Below are positions 1 to 8,997 of a DNA stretch of 64,000 nt, piece after piece (the stretch's first letter is position 1; each line of letters starts with the position of its first letter). The notes under the pieces were generated by a model. That model saw nothing but the letters and a program-made list of their open reading frames with translations. It did not search any database and was not told where the DNA came from. Source of the DNA: Patescibacteria group bacterium (GTDB taxonomy: Bacteria > Patescibacteriota > Minisyncoccia > Phycocordibacterales > Phycocordibacteraceae); NCBI GenBank assembly GCA_019744845.1, contig JAIETW010000001.1, positions 80,299 through 144,298 on the forward strand, read 5' to 3'. The position numbers were made by a program, and so were the translations under genes.

Positions 1-80
1 GCTGCCTTTGAAAGTGCACGCTCCTTGCGACCCTGGTCGAGTCCGCGTCCTGACTTCTTGATGATTCGTTTTTTACCCAT
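1..80 (-). CDS. rpsK: 30S ribosomal protein S11, N-terminal part (runs off window)
   Basis: Manual translation MGKKRIIKKSGRGLDQGRKERALSKA; lies directly downstream of rpsM as in the alpha operon. Call rests mainly on synteny. Confidence 0.8.
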   Translation of the reverse strand, partial: MGKKRIIKKSGRGLDQGRKERALSKA

Positions 81-85
81 ATGAA

Positions 86-466
86 TTATGTCTTTTCAAG
101 CGTACGGCGACCAGAACCCATGGTCTTACGAGTATTGCCACGCACCGTGCGTGAGTTCGTCTTGGTGCGCTGTCCCTTTACCGGAAGGCGGCGGGCATGG
201 CGAGAACCGCGAGCGGACTGAATGTCCTTCAAGCGCTTCACGTTCTGTGAGATCTCGCGGCGGAGCTCTCCTTCAATGAGGAATGATTCTGCTGCAGCGC
301 GGATTGACTGCTCCTCGTCAGGGGTAAGCTCACTTCCCTTCTTGGTAAACGGAATGTTTACCTGCTTCAAAATACCCTTGGCACGGGTAGGACCAATGCC
401 AAAGATAAGAGGCAGCGCGTAGACGAGCTGCTTGTTGTCGGGAATGGTAACGCCTGCGATACGCAT
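86..466 (-). CDS. rpsM: 30S ribosomal protein S13
   Basis: MRIAGV..., FGIG, RLPVKGQRTKTNSRT motifs. Confidence 0.98.
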   Translation of the reverse strand: MRIAGVTIPDNKQLVYALPLIFGIGPTRAKGILKQVNIPFTKKGSELTPDEEQSIRAAAESFLIEGELRREISQNVKRLKDIQSARGSRHARRLPVKGQRTKTNSRTVRGNTRKTMGSGRRTLEKT

Positions 467-493
467 GCTGAGGAATAATTACGTACTAAAAAG

Positions 494-610
494 TTAACCC
501 TGGCGCGCCTTACGACGAGGATTGCGCTTGTTAATGCGGTACAAACGACCACGACGGCGGACAATGATGTCGCCGGGCTGTTGTTTCTTGACGGATGCGC
601 GTACTTTCAT
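494..610 (-). CDS. rpmJ: 50S ribosomal protein L36, cysteine-free form (below ORF-track cutoff)
   Basis: Manual translation [38 protein letters not shown]; located between infA and rpsM. Confidence 0.95.
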   Translation of the reverse strand: MKVRASVKKQQPGDIIVRRRGRLYRINKRNPRRKARQG

Positions 611-614
611 GTGT

Positions 615-827
615 TTAGCTAAGGCGCCTCACGATGCGGGCACGTCCTCCATAGGGATCGGTGATAAGTTCCACCGTATCGCCTACAAGAACGCGGATGC
701 GATGCAATCGCATCTTGCCCGCAAGGTACGCAAGCAAAAGATCACCCGAACCGAGACGAACGCGGAATAAGGAATTCGGAAGCACCTCTTCCACGGTGCC
801 CGTCACGGGCTCTTTGCTTTCTTCCAT
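615..827 (-). CDS. infA: Translation initiation factor IF-1
   Basis: [32 protein letters not shown]. Confidence 0.97.
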   Translation of the reverse strand: MEESKEPVTGTVEEVLPNSLFRVRLGSGDLLLAYLAGKMRLHRIRVLVGDTVELITDPYGGRARIVRRLS

Positions 828-841
828 CGTGTAGCCCGATT

Positions 842-870
842 ACTGTAACAAATAGGGTTTATAAGGTCAA
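842..870 (-). promoter_or_regulatory. Sigma70-type promoter of infA-rpmJ-rpsM-rpsK
   Basis: Minus strand TTGACC-N17-TACAGT with extended TG, 14 nt upstream of infA ATG. Confidence 0.7.
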
Positions 871-877
871 CTACAGA

Positions 878-2104
878 CTAGCGGGCTGCCTTTGGGTTAG
901 TGACCGAGACCTCTATTTCGGAGGGATCTGAGGGGAAGGAACCGGCCCAGAATGGGCGAAGAACCAAGACTGCCCTCTCTACCTCAGGGTATCCGGCAAG
1001 GATGACCTGGGCAGCATCACGCTTCTTTCCCGCCACCGCACCGCCTATACGCTCAGTATCTACGGTCCAGAGGATCTCCGTCTCTCCAGTGAGGCTGAAG
1101 GCGAAGTCGTTTCCAACTGGTGCTTCAGTCGCAGAGAGATTCAAGCTACCTGCGTCTCCAAGAGTGACTGGCTCGCCGGCATACACACCGAGAGACTTGT
1201 ATGCAATTGCTTGTGCGAGTGCATCTTCTGGGAAGATGACTGCAGTTGCAGTTCCCTTCAAACGAACTTCCACAGATCCTGCAGCACTTGAAGTGTCTGG
1301 CTGAGGACTGAAGGAAACGAAGGTTGCGCCAGGAAGAAGTACGTAGCCCTGAGGGATCTGTGCCTTCACTGCTTCCTCTACATCGTTTTTGAGTGCAGCT
1401 TCAAGCTTAGGGTACTGCTCGTCACGTGTAGCCTGTGAGACCGAGGGACGAGTGCCTGAGAAGCCGCCGCTCATAGCCTCAGTGGACTTACCGGTGACCT
1501 GAGTACCAAGGTCGCTGCCTGCGAGACCTGGGAGGGTGAAGGTGGTAGGACCCACGTTATAGCGGTCGCCTGGAGACTCTGCGTAGACCGTAATGTTCAC
1601 CGTCCCTGGGCGTTCAGCGGTGCCTGAAGGGATGCTAATAGGACCCTGTGCCTTGAAGATAAGACCGTCTGAGGTCTGGAAGCGAGTGTTCTTAACGAAG
1701 TCCTGTGGCTCTCCAGAGGTGTTGGAGACGGTGATGGTGCCCTGTGCCGCATCATTCACGGTCTCGGTAGACTCTGCCTCTACTTTCTGTGTTGCGATCT
1801 TGTCTACGGTTACCACTTCAAACGGAAGCTCGCCTGCAGCTGCCGTTGCAGTGAACTCTCCTGAGATAGATGCCTCAGAAGATGATGGAGTGATTTCTAC
1901 GCGTGCACCCGCAAATGCGTAGAGTGCACCGATAGACACACCAAGAATAACGACAATCGCGATCACCAATCCCCATGGGAATGTACGACGAGGACGTGAG
2001 TAACTGTGTGAAGTGGGTTCACCAGTTGGTGGAGGCGCAACCTGGTCTGCTTCCATGGCACGGCGGCGAGACGGTGGGATGATGTCGTTGATGGTCTTAG
2101 GCAT
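878..2104 (-). CDS. Membrane-anchored protein with baseplate J/gp47-like extracytoplasmic region
   Basis: N-terminal INDIIPP, one TM helix (WGLVIAIVVILGVSIGALY), then AQGTITVSN...TRFQTSDGLIF...AESPGDRYNV...MSGG resembling baseplate-J-like domains. Confidence 0.6.
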   Translation of the reverse strand: MPKTINDIIPPSRRRAMEADQVAPPPTGEPTSHSYSRPRRTFPWGLVIAIVVILGVSIGALYAFAGARVEITPSSSEASISGEFTATAAAGELPFEVVTVDKIATQKVEAESTETVNDAAQGTITVSNTSGEPQDFVKNTRFQTSDGLIFKAQGPISIPSGTAERPGTVNITVYAESPGDRYNVGPTTFTLPGLAGSDLGTQVTGKSTEAMSGGFSGTRPSVSQATRDEQYPKLEAALKNDVEEAVKAQIPQGYVLLPGATFVSFSPQPDTSSAAGSVEVRLKGTATAVIFPEDALAQAIAYKSLGVYAGEPVTLGDAGSLNLSATEAPVGNDFAFSLTGETEILWTVDTERIGGAVAGKKRDAAQVILAGYPEVERAVLVLRPFWAGSFPSDPSEIEVSVTNPKAAR

Positions 2105-2171
2105 AGGACTACACTAGGGGTAATGGGTGAATTGTACACCACATGCCCCAAGAGCCCTCTTCCCCTGTGGA

Positions 2172-3299
2172 CTAACTGGCGACAATTCCTGCGCTCCGCT
2201 CTAGAGAGAGTGTAAGAAGTGAAAGGAAAAGGTCAGAATCGCAGCCCTGATCGCAGGTCAAATATGAAGAAAGATGCTGTGGGAGGGACGGAATGATGGT
2301 GAGAGGCTCATCTGAAAGCCAGAGGGATCGGAGCCCTTCGTCATTCAACATGCGAGCCACATGCTCACGTGCATCATCATCCGCAAGCAAGAAAAGAGTG
2401 CGAGGAAGTGCACGACGAGAGGCAAACTCCCGAAGTGCAAGCGCAAGAGATGAAAGCCACTCTCCTTTTGCGGTCGGTGTAGACGTATCTGCCTCTCCAA
2501 CTGGAAGTGATTTTCCATCGGGGGTCATAGAAAGAGGACGTCCTTTTCGTGCCGCACGTGCAAGCGCATTGAACCCTCCGTTTACTGACGCAACGTCTAC
2601 CAATACTCCCCGCTTCACGAGGGCGAGATCGGTAGATTCTCCTGAGACATGCACGATCATAAAGTCCTTTTCGTGTGGGTAGAGGTCCCTAAGTACCGTG
2701 TAGGACACCGGTGCAAAGGCAGTGAGCGTAATATCACGCGTATGGTAAATGTGGCGAAGTGAGGTCAGTACCGTGTCTGCCATTGCAGATTCAATAGTAG
2801 AGGAAAGAATCACCAGCTCTGCACGCTTTGCTTGCTTTCCGAACGGATGCTTCGTCTCGTAGCCGTTTAGAAAAGTGGCAATGACGTATTCGCCCGTAGA
2901 GACCCGACCCTCTGTATGGGCTGCGCCCTCAGTAACCGCGTCATGGAGGATCGCCTTCGTGAAGGTAAACGGGGCGTCCTTCTCTATAACCACACTTCTG
3001 ATGGCGGTGTCCTGCCAAGGGGAACCTATGGAGACGAGCACCTTATCTATCGTGCCGCTTCCCACTGCTTTTCTGAGCGCAGGCGCACCATCCTGGATGA
3101 GCTTTTTGCCGAGCACGTCCAGTGCCTTAAGCATGTCCATGGTCAGGAGCTCGCGATCATGTAGTTCAATTGGTACACGCGCGACGTAGCGGAGTCGTGG
3201 TGCGCCATTCTTTTCTATCGTCGCGTATCCTCCACCAATGGAAGAGGATCCGATGTCTATAAGTGCGATTGTCTTAGTGCCGGACGAAAAGAACCCCAT
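2172..3299 (-). CDS. FtsA/PilM-like actin-fold protein
   Basis: ALIDIGSSSI phosphate-1 motif; LNGY; degenerate second motif VHVSGESTDL. Confidence 0.6.
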   Translation of the reverse strand: MGFFSSGTKTIALIDIGSSSIGGGYATIEKNGAPRLRYVARVPIELHDRELLTMDMLKALDVLGKKLIQDGAPALRKAVGSGTIDKVLVSIGSPWQDTAIRSVVIEKDAPFTFTKAILHDAVTEGAAHTEGRVSTGEYVIATFLNGYETKHPFGKQAKRAELVILSSTIESAMADTVLTSLRHIYHTRDITLTAFAPVSYTVLRDLYPHEKDFMIVHVSGESTDLALVKRGVLVDVASVNGGFNALARAARKGRPLSMTPDGKSLPVGEADTSTPTAKGEWLSSLALALREFASRRALPRTLFLLADDDAREHVARMLNDEGLRSLWLSDEPLTIIPSLPQHLSSYLTCDQGCDSDLFLSLLTLSLERSAGIVAS

Positions 3300-3317
3300 A
3301 GTTCTTTCTAGTATACG

Positions 3318-5234
3318 CTATACCAACACTGCTTTGATGCGACGTACGCCGGCAGCGACTGCTTCTTCCTTCTGTATTTTAAATCTCTTACCTCCTTCAT
3401 GAATTTCACTGGTGTTTTTCACATGAGGACCACCACAAAACTCTAGCGAGAAGGCATTTGGAATATCCGGGTTCTCTTCAGTCGCATGAATAGGACCCAC
3501 TGAGTACACCGACACCATATCTGGGTACTTCACTCCGAATTCCATCTGTGCACCAAGCTTTTCTGCTTCAGTGCGTGGCATAACGGTGCGGGTGACGGGA
3601 AGATCCTGGTAGATGACTTCGTTTGCAATCTCTTCTACCTTTGCTTTCTGCTCGTCCGTCATCTTGGCGCCGTGAGAAAAGTCTATGCGAAGGCGTTCTG
3701 CGGTGATGTTACTTCCCCGCTGCTTTACTTCGTCTCCAAGCACGATCTGAAGTGCCTTAAGAAGGATGTGGTGAGACGTGTGGTAGCGCACGGTCTGCTC
3801 TGAATGGTCAGCAAGACCTCCCGCAAAGCGCTGTGCACCTCCGGCTCGTGAGGTGTCCTGGTGTTCTTTCATCTTTGTAGCGACTGCGTTCATATCAAGC
3901 GTAATTCCACGCTCCTTCGCGAGTTCTTCCGTCATTTCTACTGGGAATCCATATGAAGTGAACAAAATGAACGCATCATCAGGAGAAACTTCGTGTTTTG
4001 AGAGGAGCTTCTCAAACTCACGGAGTCCCTGTGAGAGGGTTTTTCTAAACTTCTCTTCCTCTTTCTGAAGTTCCTCACGAATCTTATCTGCCGCCTCCAG
4101 AATGTGTGGGTATTGCTCTGCATACACTTCCGAGAAGCTTGCGGCAACCTCTGGCAGAAGCGTCTCCGTCACGCCAAGACGATCTGCTTCGCGGATAGAG
4201 CGGCGAATGAGACGTCGGAGCACATATCCTGCTTCAGTATTGGAAGGGACTACACTTTCTGCGAGCATGAACGAGGCTGCACGAATATGATCTAGGATGA
4301 TACGGAAGGAACGTGTCACCTGTTCATCACTCCCATATCTTTTTCCTGTCTTCGCTTCAAGTACGTTCCGAGCGGAGTCAAAGACATCTATCAAGAACAC
4401 ATCAGACTCTTGAAGAGTGGTAGCAGTAAGTCGTTCAAGGCCGCCGCCAAAGTCAACGTTTTTCTTCGGAAGCTCACTAAAGGAGCTATCGGGATCCTTC
4501 ACATACTGCATGAATACGGAGTTGCATATCTCTACGAAACGGCCGCAATCGCAGTTCACATGACAGTTCGCTCCCCATTTCGGGTCATGTGGTGTACCGA
4601 AATCGTAAAAGATCTCAGAATCCGGGCCTCCTGGCTCTCCGGCAGGCATATTTGAAGGAACACCGGAACGGCTCCACCAATTCTTCTTAGAGCCGTAAGC
4701 AAAAATACGACCACCTTGTGATCCTTTCTCGTACCCTTCCTCTTCTGTACCCAAGCGCACGAGCTCTGCACCAATTCCTTTTTCTTTAAAAAGCTGCTTC
4801 CATATCTCAACTGATTCCGTATCAAGTTCCATGCCCGCACTCTCATCTCCGTCGAAAACGGTTACGTAGAGCTTCGCAGGATCAAAACCAAGACCCTGTG
4901 CCGGATCCGTAAGGAACTCAAATATCCACGGGAGCTGTTCCTTCTTGAAGTAGTCTCCGAGGGACCAGTTCCCAAGCATTTCAAAGAAGGTAGTGTGACG
5001 GTTATCACCCACTTCTTCAATATCACCCGCTCTAAAGCTCATCTGAGAGTTCGTGAGACGGTTTCCTTCTGGATGGTCCTTTCCAAGGAGATACGGCACC
5101 AACGGCTGCATACCTGAAGAGGTAAAGAGGGTCGTTGGGTCATTGCCCGGCACAATAGGAGCCGAAGGGATTATGGTGTGTCCCCGCTTCTTAAAAAACT
5201 CTAGATATCGCTTGCGTACCTCTGAAACAGTCAT
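3318..5234 (-). CDS. alaS: Alanine--tRNA ligase, short form lacking the C-Ala domain
   Basis: DPTTLFTSSGMQP, RHTTFFEMLGNWSLGDYFK, HTSHH, EFCGGPHV; ends at GVRRIKAVLV; start set at MTVSE. Confidence 0.97.
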   Translation of the reverse strand: MTVSEVRKRYLEFFKKRGHTIIPSAPIVPGNDPTTLFTSSGMQPLVPYLLGKDHPEGNRLTNSQMSFRAGDIEEVGDNRHTTFFEMLGNWSLGDYFKKEQLPWIFEFLTDPAQGLGFDPAKLYVTVFDGDESAGMELDTESVEIWKQLFKEKGIGAELVRLGTEEEGYEKGSQGGRIFAYGSKKNWWSRSGVPSNMPAGEPGGPDSEIFYDFGTPHDPKWGANCHVNCDCGRFVEICNSVFMQYVKDPDSSFSELPKKNVDFGGGLERLTATTLQESDVFLIDVFDSARNVLEAKTGKRYGSDEQVTRSFRIILDHIRAASFMLAESVVPSNTEAGYVLRRLIRRSIREADRLGVTETLLPEVAASFSEVYAEQYPHILEAADKIREELQKEEEKFRKTLSQGLREFEKLLSKHEVSPDDAFILFTSYGFPVEMTEELAKERGITLDMNAVATKMKEHQDTSRAGGAQRFAGGLADHSEQTVRYHTSHHILLKALQIVLGDEVKQRGSNITAERLRIDFSHGAKMTDEQKAKVEEIANEVIYQDLPVTRTVMPRTEAEKLGAQMEFGVKYPDMVSVYSVGPIHATEENPDIPNAFSLEFCGGPHVKNTSEIHEGGKRFKIQKEEAVAAGVRRIKAVLV

Positions 5235-5279
5235 TCCAAAGAGAATATCATGACCCACGGCCCCACACGATATGGGCTG

Positions 5280-5690
5280 CTACTTCTTCTTAGTTACCTT
5301 CTTAATGATCTTCTTGAGTGCAGTCTTTTCTGCGACTGGTGCCTGGGCAGACTCCATAAGATGGATCAAGCGAGTAAGCTTATCGTTTACTCCCTGCATG
5401 TGCAGTTTGAGCTCCTTCATATCCTGGTTTTCACGAGGAGGTGCGGCGTTGAAAGAAGGACGAGGAGAGAAATCACGCTTTGGGCCATATGAGGTACGAG
5501 GAGCGTCATCCTTCACAAAACAGTTGCTACAGAAGACAGGCTTCTTGCCGTTTGGACGGAACGGAACCTCACAGACGTTATTACACTTGCTGCAGTTTGC
5601 CTTATGCATCTGCTTTGAATCGCTAAAACGATCCTTGCCACCACGGTTGAAAGATGGCTTTGCGAAACGGGGCTTTGAGTAATCAGACAT
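5280..5690 (-). CDS. CxxC-x17-CxxC zinc-ribbon domain protein
   Basis: CSKC-N17-CSNC with VPFRP..KPVFC. Confidence 0.85.
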   Translation of the reverse strand: MSDYSKPRFAKPSFNRGGKDRFSDSKQMHKANCSKCNNVCEVPFRPNGKKPVFCSNCFVKDDAPRTSYGPKRDFSPRPSFNAAPPRENQDMKELKLHMQGVNDKLTRLIHLMESAQAPVAEKTALKKIIKKVTKKK

Positions 5691-5747
5691 AGGTTGGAGA
5701 TTAGGTTTACGATGATTAGAACATATTCAAAGCGAAAAGACAAGCCT

Positions 5748-5774
5748 CTGGATGTCTTGGACGCTGTTGGAACC
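5748..5774. repeat. Direct repeat R1 (att-like, tRNA-3'-end-like)
   Basis: CTGGATGTCTTGGACGCTGTTGGAACC; 24/27 identical to 6447-6473. Confidence 0.85.
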
Positions 5775-5777
5775 AGC

Positions 5778-6425
5778 CTAGGCAATAAAATGATACTGCG
5801 CGTGTAGTTCTAGCAGTCTTCGGAGCTCAACCACCGGCTCAGAGTGGTCATCAACTCGCAGGTCAATAAATCTATCGGAAAATCCTGCATATCCGGCGCC
5901 TTCTTTTACTACAAGTAGTGCAGCCGATTGCTTGCCTCTTTTATCCCCTCCTGCTTGTTCTCCTGCGAGTAGCGCATCGTAGAGACGATGTCCCAAGTCT
6001 CCTTTTGCGTTTTCAAAAGTCTCTTTCATAGTTTGCAATACTTCTTCGCTCATCAGTGTGTTTCCTTGAACAACACACCACTTCCCCTGTACTCCTCCTG
6101 CTGGTGTATTGCATTCAGTTCCCGTGTGCGTTGCGCTTTCTCCTCGCGAATCAATAATACCGACCTGTCTTTTCTGTGCTTCTGGATCAGAAGACAGAAG
6201 TTCATTGAGAACCTCTTGCGCTCCTTTGCCTTCCGCAAGAAGTTTCAGGCCTCTTGGTCCATACGACGTATTACTAAAACTCTGTGTTGCAATAGCGCCA
6301 GCGCCAGCTTGGGCATGCGGCACGACATTTCCAACAGCCAGCCACTTACTCGCTACCGCAACACCCCAACTTTTGGTATCTGGATCGTGTCCGACAATAG
6401 AGTACGTTTGTACTTCTTTATTCAT
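5778..6425 (-). CDS. DUF1028 family Ntn-hydrolase-like protein
   Basis: TYSIV...WGVAVASKWLAVG, GAIATQS, RQVGIID, QGN, GGDKRGKQSAAL, DLRVDDH..PV.EL.RL. Confidence 0.9.
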   Translation of the reverse strand: MNKEVQTYSIVGHDPDTKSWGVAVASKWLAVGNVVPHAQAGAGAIATQSFSNTSYGPRGLKLLAEGKGAQEVLNELLSSDPEAQKRQVGIIDSRGESATHTGTECNTPAGGVQGKWCVVQGNTLMSEEVLQTMKETFENAKGDLGHRLYDALLAGEQAGGDKRGKQSAALLVVKEGAGYAGFSDRFIDLRVDDHSEPVVELRRLLELHAQYHFIA

Positions 6426-6446
6426 ATATAGAATTATATCAGTGTA

Positions 6447-6473
6447 CTGGCTGTCTTGGACGATGTTGGAGCC
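6447..6473. repeat. Direct repeat R2 (att-like, tRNA-3'-end-like)
   Basis: CTGGCTGTCTTGGACGATGTTGGAGCC; 24/27 identical to 5748-5774. Confidence 0.85.
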
Positions 6474-6474
6474 C

Positions 6475-6936
6475 TTATCCTCCTAACGCCTCAGCGTATC
6501 TAGCCGCTTCGTTAATAAGTGCCTCGGATTTATTAACTTCATCGGGTTCTGGTATATGTTTCCATTTATCGAGAGGGACGCTCATAGTAATGGCACGCTG
6601 ATCACCCGCTTCTACTACTGCCTTTCGCATACCATCATCACTGAACGTGTACCATTCGCCTTTTATAAAAGGTGGTTGATCCTTTACGCATAGGGCCACT
6701 CGTAAACCATAGGTCATATCGTAAGTGCCAACTTTAAAGTCTGAATCGGACTCTAGACCTAGAAAATATGATTCTGCATTGCGGTTAATCTTTAAAACTA
6801 GAATGCCGTTTATCACATACGCGTCTCTTTTCTCCATCGCTAGACGCAAGAATTTTGCGGCATCATCGCAAAGCTCATTAAAGCTTGCGGGCTGGATTTC
6901 AGGAGTAATACCCGGAACATGTGCTTTTTCGCTCAT
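6475..6936 (-). CDS. Hypothetical protein
   Basis: 153-aa ORF filling the space between R2 and the tRNA remnant; TATACT 6 nt upstream of ATG. Confidence 0.7.
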   Translation of the reverse strand: MSEKAHVPGITPEIQPASFNELCDDAAKFLRLAMEKRDAYVINGILVLKINRNAESYFLGLESDSDFKVGTYDMTYGLRVALCVKDQPPFIKGEWYTFSDDGMRKAVVEAGDQRAITMSVPLDKWKHIPEPDEVNKSEALINEAARYAEALGG

Positions 6937-6954
6937 TCAGAAAGTATACCTCTA

Positions 6955-6980
6955 GCTGGCCGTCCAGGACTCGAACCAGG
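6955..6980 (-). pseudogene. Orphan 3' end of a tRNA, probably tRNA-Gln (att-site remnant, R3)
   Basis: Minus strand CCTGGTTCGAGTCCTGGACGGCCAGC = T-arm (one mismatch) + acceptor 3' strand ACGGCCA + G discriminator; no D or anticodon arm upstream. Confidence 0.7.
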
Positions 6981-7023
6981 TTTAATTCGCCTCTCCCATC
7001 TCCTAACGCTATAATCAGGCTCT

Positions 7024-8997
7024 ATGAACGCTCACACGAAGCACTGGGGTTTTGATAATAACGACCTTAACCCAAAGGTCCGCCCACAAGACGACTTCTA
7101 TCAGTATGCTGCAGGAGGGTGGTTGAAGCGTAACCCTATTCCTAAGCATGAGGCACGTTGGGGAACCTTTATGGTTCTTAGATACGACACAGAGAAGAAG
7201 CTCAAGGCAATCCTTACAGATCTCCTCAAGACTCGTTCTGTAAAGAAAGGAAGTCCAGAGCAACTTATACGTGATCTCTACCGTTCTGGCATGGACCTCA
7301 AGCGTCGCAACACACTAGGTGCACGCCCTCTTGCTCCATACCTCAAGGAAATCAACGCAATCTCTTCCAAAGAAGATCTTCTGAAGGTGCTTTTTTCTCT
7401 TCACCGTCTTGGTGTGGGAGTGCTCTTCGGTGCAGGTATTGATCAGGACTCAAAAGAAAGCACCAAGTACATCATTCACCTGTATCAGGACGGTCTTGGC
7501 ATGCCAGACCGCGACTACTACCTCAAGGACGACGCTGAATCAAAACGCGTACGTTCTGCGTACGTTCCTCATGTTGCTGCGATGTTTAGACTTATCGGCA
7601 AAACCACGAAAGAATCAAAACTTGCCGCTGCAACGGTGATGCGTATAGAAACCATGCTCGCCGAAGCCTCCATGACCAAAGAGGACCGTCGTGATGCAGA
7701 CAAGGTCTATCATAAGAAGACACTTAAAGAACTGCAGACACTTGCGCCACACGTGGAGTGGAAGAAGTACTTCACTCGTCTTGGTGCAGGAGAACTGAAG
7801 TCAGTTATTGTGATGCAACCACAGTTCCTCACTGCATCCACTAAGCTCATTGGCACCCTTCCTCTTGAAGACTGGAAGACCTACCTCACTTGGCATTTGG
7901 TAAGTGACTTTGCAGGAGCTCTCTCCACACCATTTATAAAACAAAGCTTCTCCTTCTACGGCACGGTGCTTTCAGGCATGAAGCATATGAAGCCACTCTG
8001 GCGCCAAGTACTGAGTGCGGTTAATGGAAACCTCGGAGAACTCCTTGGTCGTATCTATGTAAAGCGACACTTCAGTCCGATCGCAAAGAAGAAGATGAAT
8101 CTTCTCGTAGACGACCTCTTCACCGCCTATGAGGCACGTCTTAAGAAGCTTGATTGGATGAGTCCGGCCACTAAGAAGAAGGCACTCATAAAGCTGAGGG
8201 CCCTCAACAGAAAGATAGGATACCCAGACAAATGGAAGTCATTTGCTGGTTTGGTCATTCGCCCCAACGACTACGCAGGCAACATGGTACGCGTTGCAGA
8301 GTTCATACACCGTCGTGAGATGAAGAAGCTCAAGAAGCCGATAGATCGTACGGAGTGGTTCATGTATCCGCAGACGGTAAACGCGTACTTTGCGCCAAAC
8401 ATGAACGACATTGCCTTCCCTGCAGCCATTTTGCAGCCTCCGTTCTTTGACTCCAATGCTGACGATGCGATCAACTATGGTGCCATTGGCTCAGTCATAG
8501 GGCACGAAATCACCCATGGCTTTGACGATCAGGGATCTAAGTACGATGAGCATGGAAACCTTAAGAGCTGGTGGACAAAAGAAGACCGAAAGCGCTTTGA
8601 AAAGAAGGCACAGGTCGTGATAGATCAATTTAATCGCTACACTGTCTCAGATGGAGTCAAGGTCAATGGAAAGCTCACTCTCGGTGAAAACATTGCGGAC
8701 CTCGGTGGTATTGCGATTGCACTTGATGCCTTCCAACTTCGTCTTAAGAAAACAGGTCGGAAAGATATTGATGGCTACACCCCAGAGCAGCGTTTCTTCC
8801 TCGGTGTCACCCTCTTTGATCGTGAAAACACTCGCCCTGCCTTTGAGAAGACGCATGCACTGACTGATCCACACTCCCCTCCCAAGTTCCGTATCAATGG
8901 TCCTGTATCAAATATTGATGCCTTCTATAACGCATTTGGGCTTAAGAAGGGTGATGGTCTCTACCGTGCGCCACAAGAACGTGCAAAGATTTGGTAG
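7024..8997 (+). CDS. pepO: M13 family metallopeptidase (PepO/neprilysin-like)
   Basis: PQDDFY, VNAYF, HEITHGFDDQG, GENIADLGG, DPHSP..FRING. Confidence 0.95.
   Translation: MNAHTKHWGFDNNDLNPKVRPQDDFYQYAAGGWLKRNPIPKHEARWGTFMVLRYDTEKKLKAILTDLLKTRSVKKGSPEQLIRDLYRSGMDLKRRNTLGARPLAPYLKEINAISSKEDLLKVLFSLHRLGVGVLFGAGIDQDSKESTKYIIHLYQDGLGMPDRDYYLKDDAESKRVRSAYVPHVAAMFRLIGKTTKESKLAAATVMRIETMLAEASMTKEDRRDADKVYHKKTLKELQTLAPHVEWKKYFTRLGAGELKSVIVMQPQFLTASTKLIGTLPLEDWKTYLTWHLVSDFAGALSTPFIKQSFSFYGTVLSGMKHMKPLWRQVLSAVNGNLGELLGRIYVKRHFSPIAKKKMNLLVDDLFTAYEARLKKLDWMSPATKKKALIKLRALNRKIGYPDKWKSFAGLVIRPNDYAGNMVRVAEFIHRREMKKLKKPIDRTEWFMYPQTVNAYFAPNMNDIAFPAAILQPPFFDSNADDAINYGAIGSVIGHEITHGFDDQGSKYDEHGNLKSWWTKEDRKRFEKKAQVVIDQFNRYTVSDGVKVNGKLTLGENIADLGGIAIALDAFQLRLKKTGRKDIDGYTPEQRFFLGVTLFDRENTRPAFEKTHALTDPHSPPKFRINGPVSNIDAFYNAFGLKKGDGLYRAPQERAKIW

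Noticed and set aside
5748-6980. Repeats as a CRISPR array
   Set aside because: Only two or three copies, separated by whole genes (about 480-670 bp) rather than 30-40 bp spacers; no cas operon.
6955-7030. Complete tRNA-Gln gene
   Set aside because: Only the T-arm and acceptor 3' strand are present; the upstream sequence cannot form D or anticodon arms and contains the pepO promoter.
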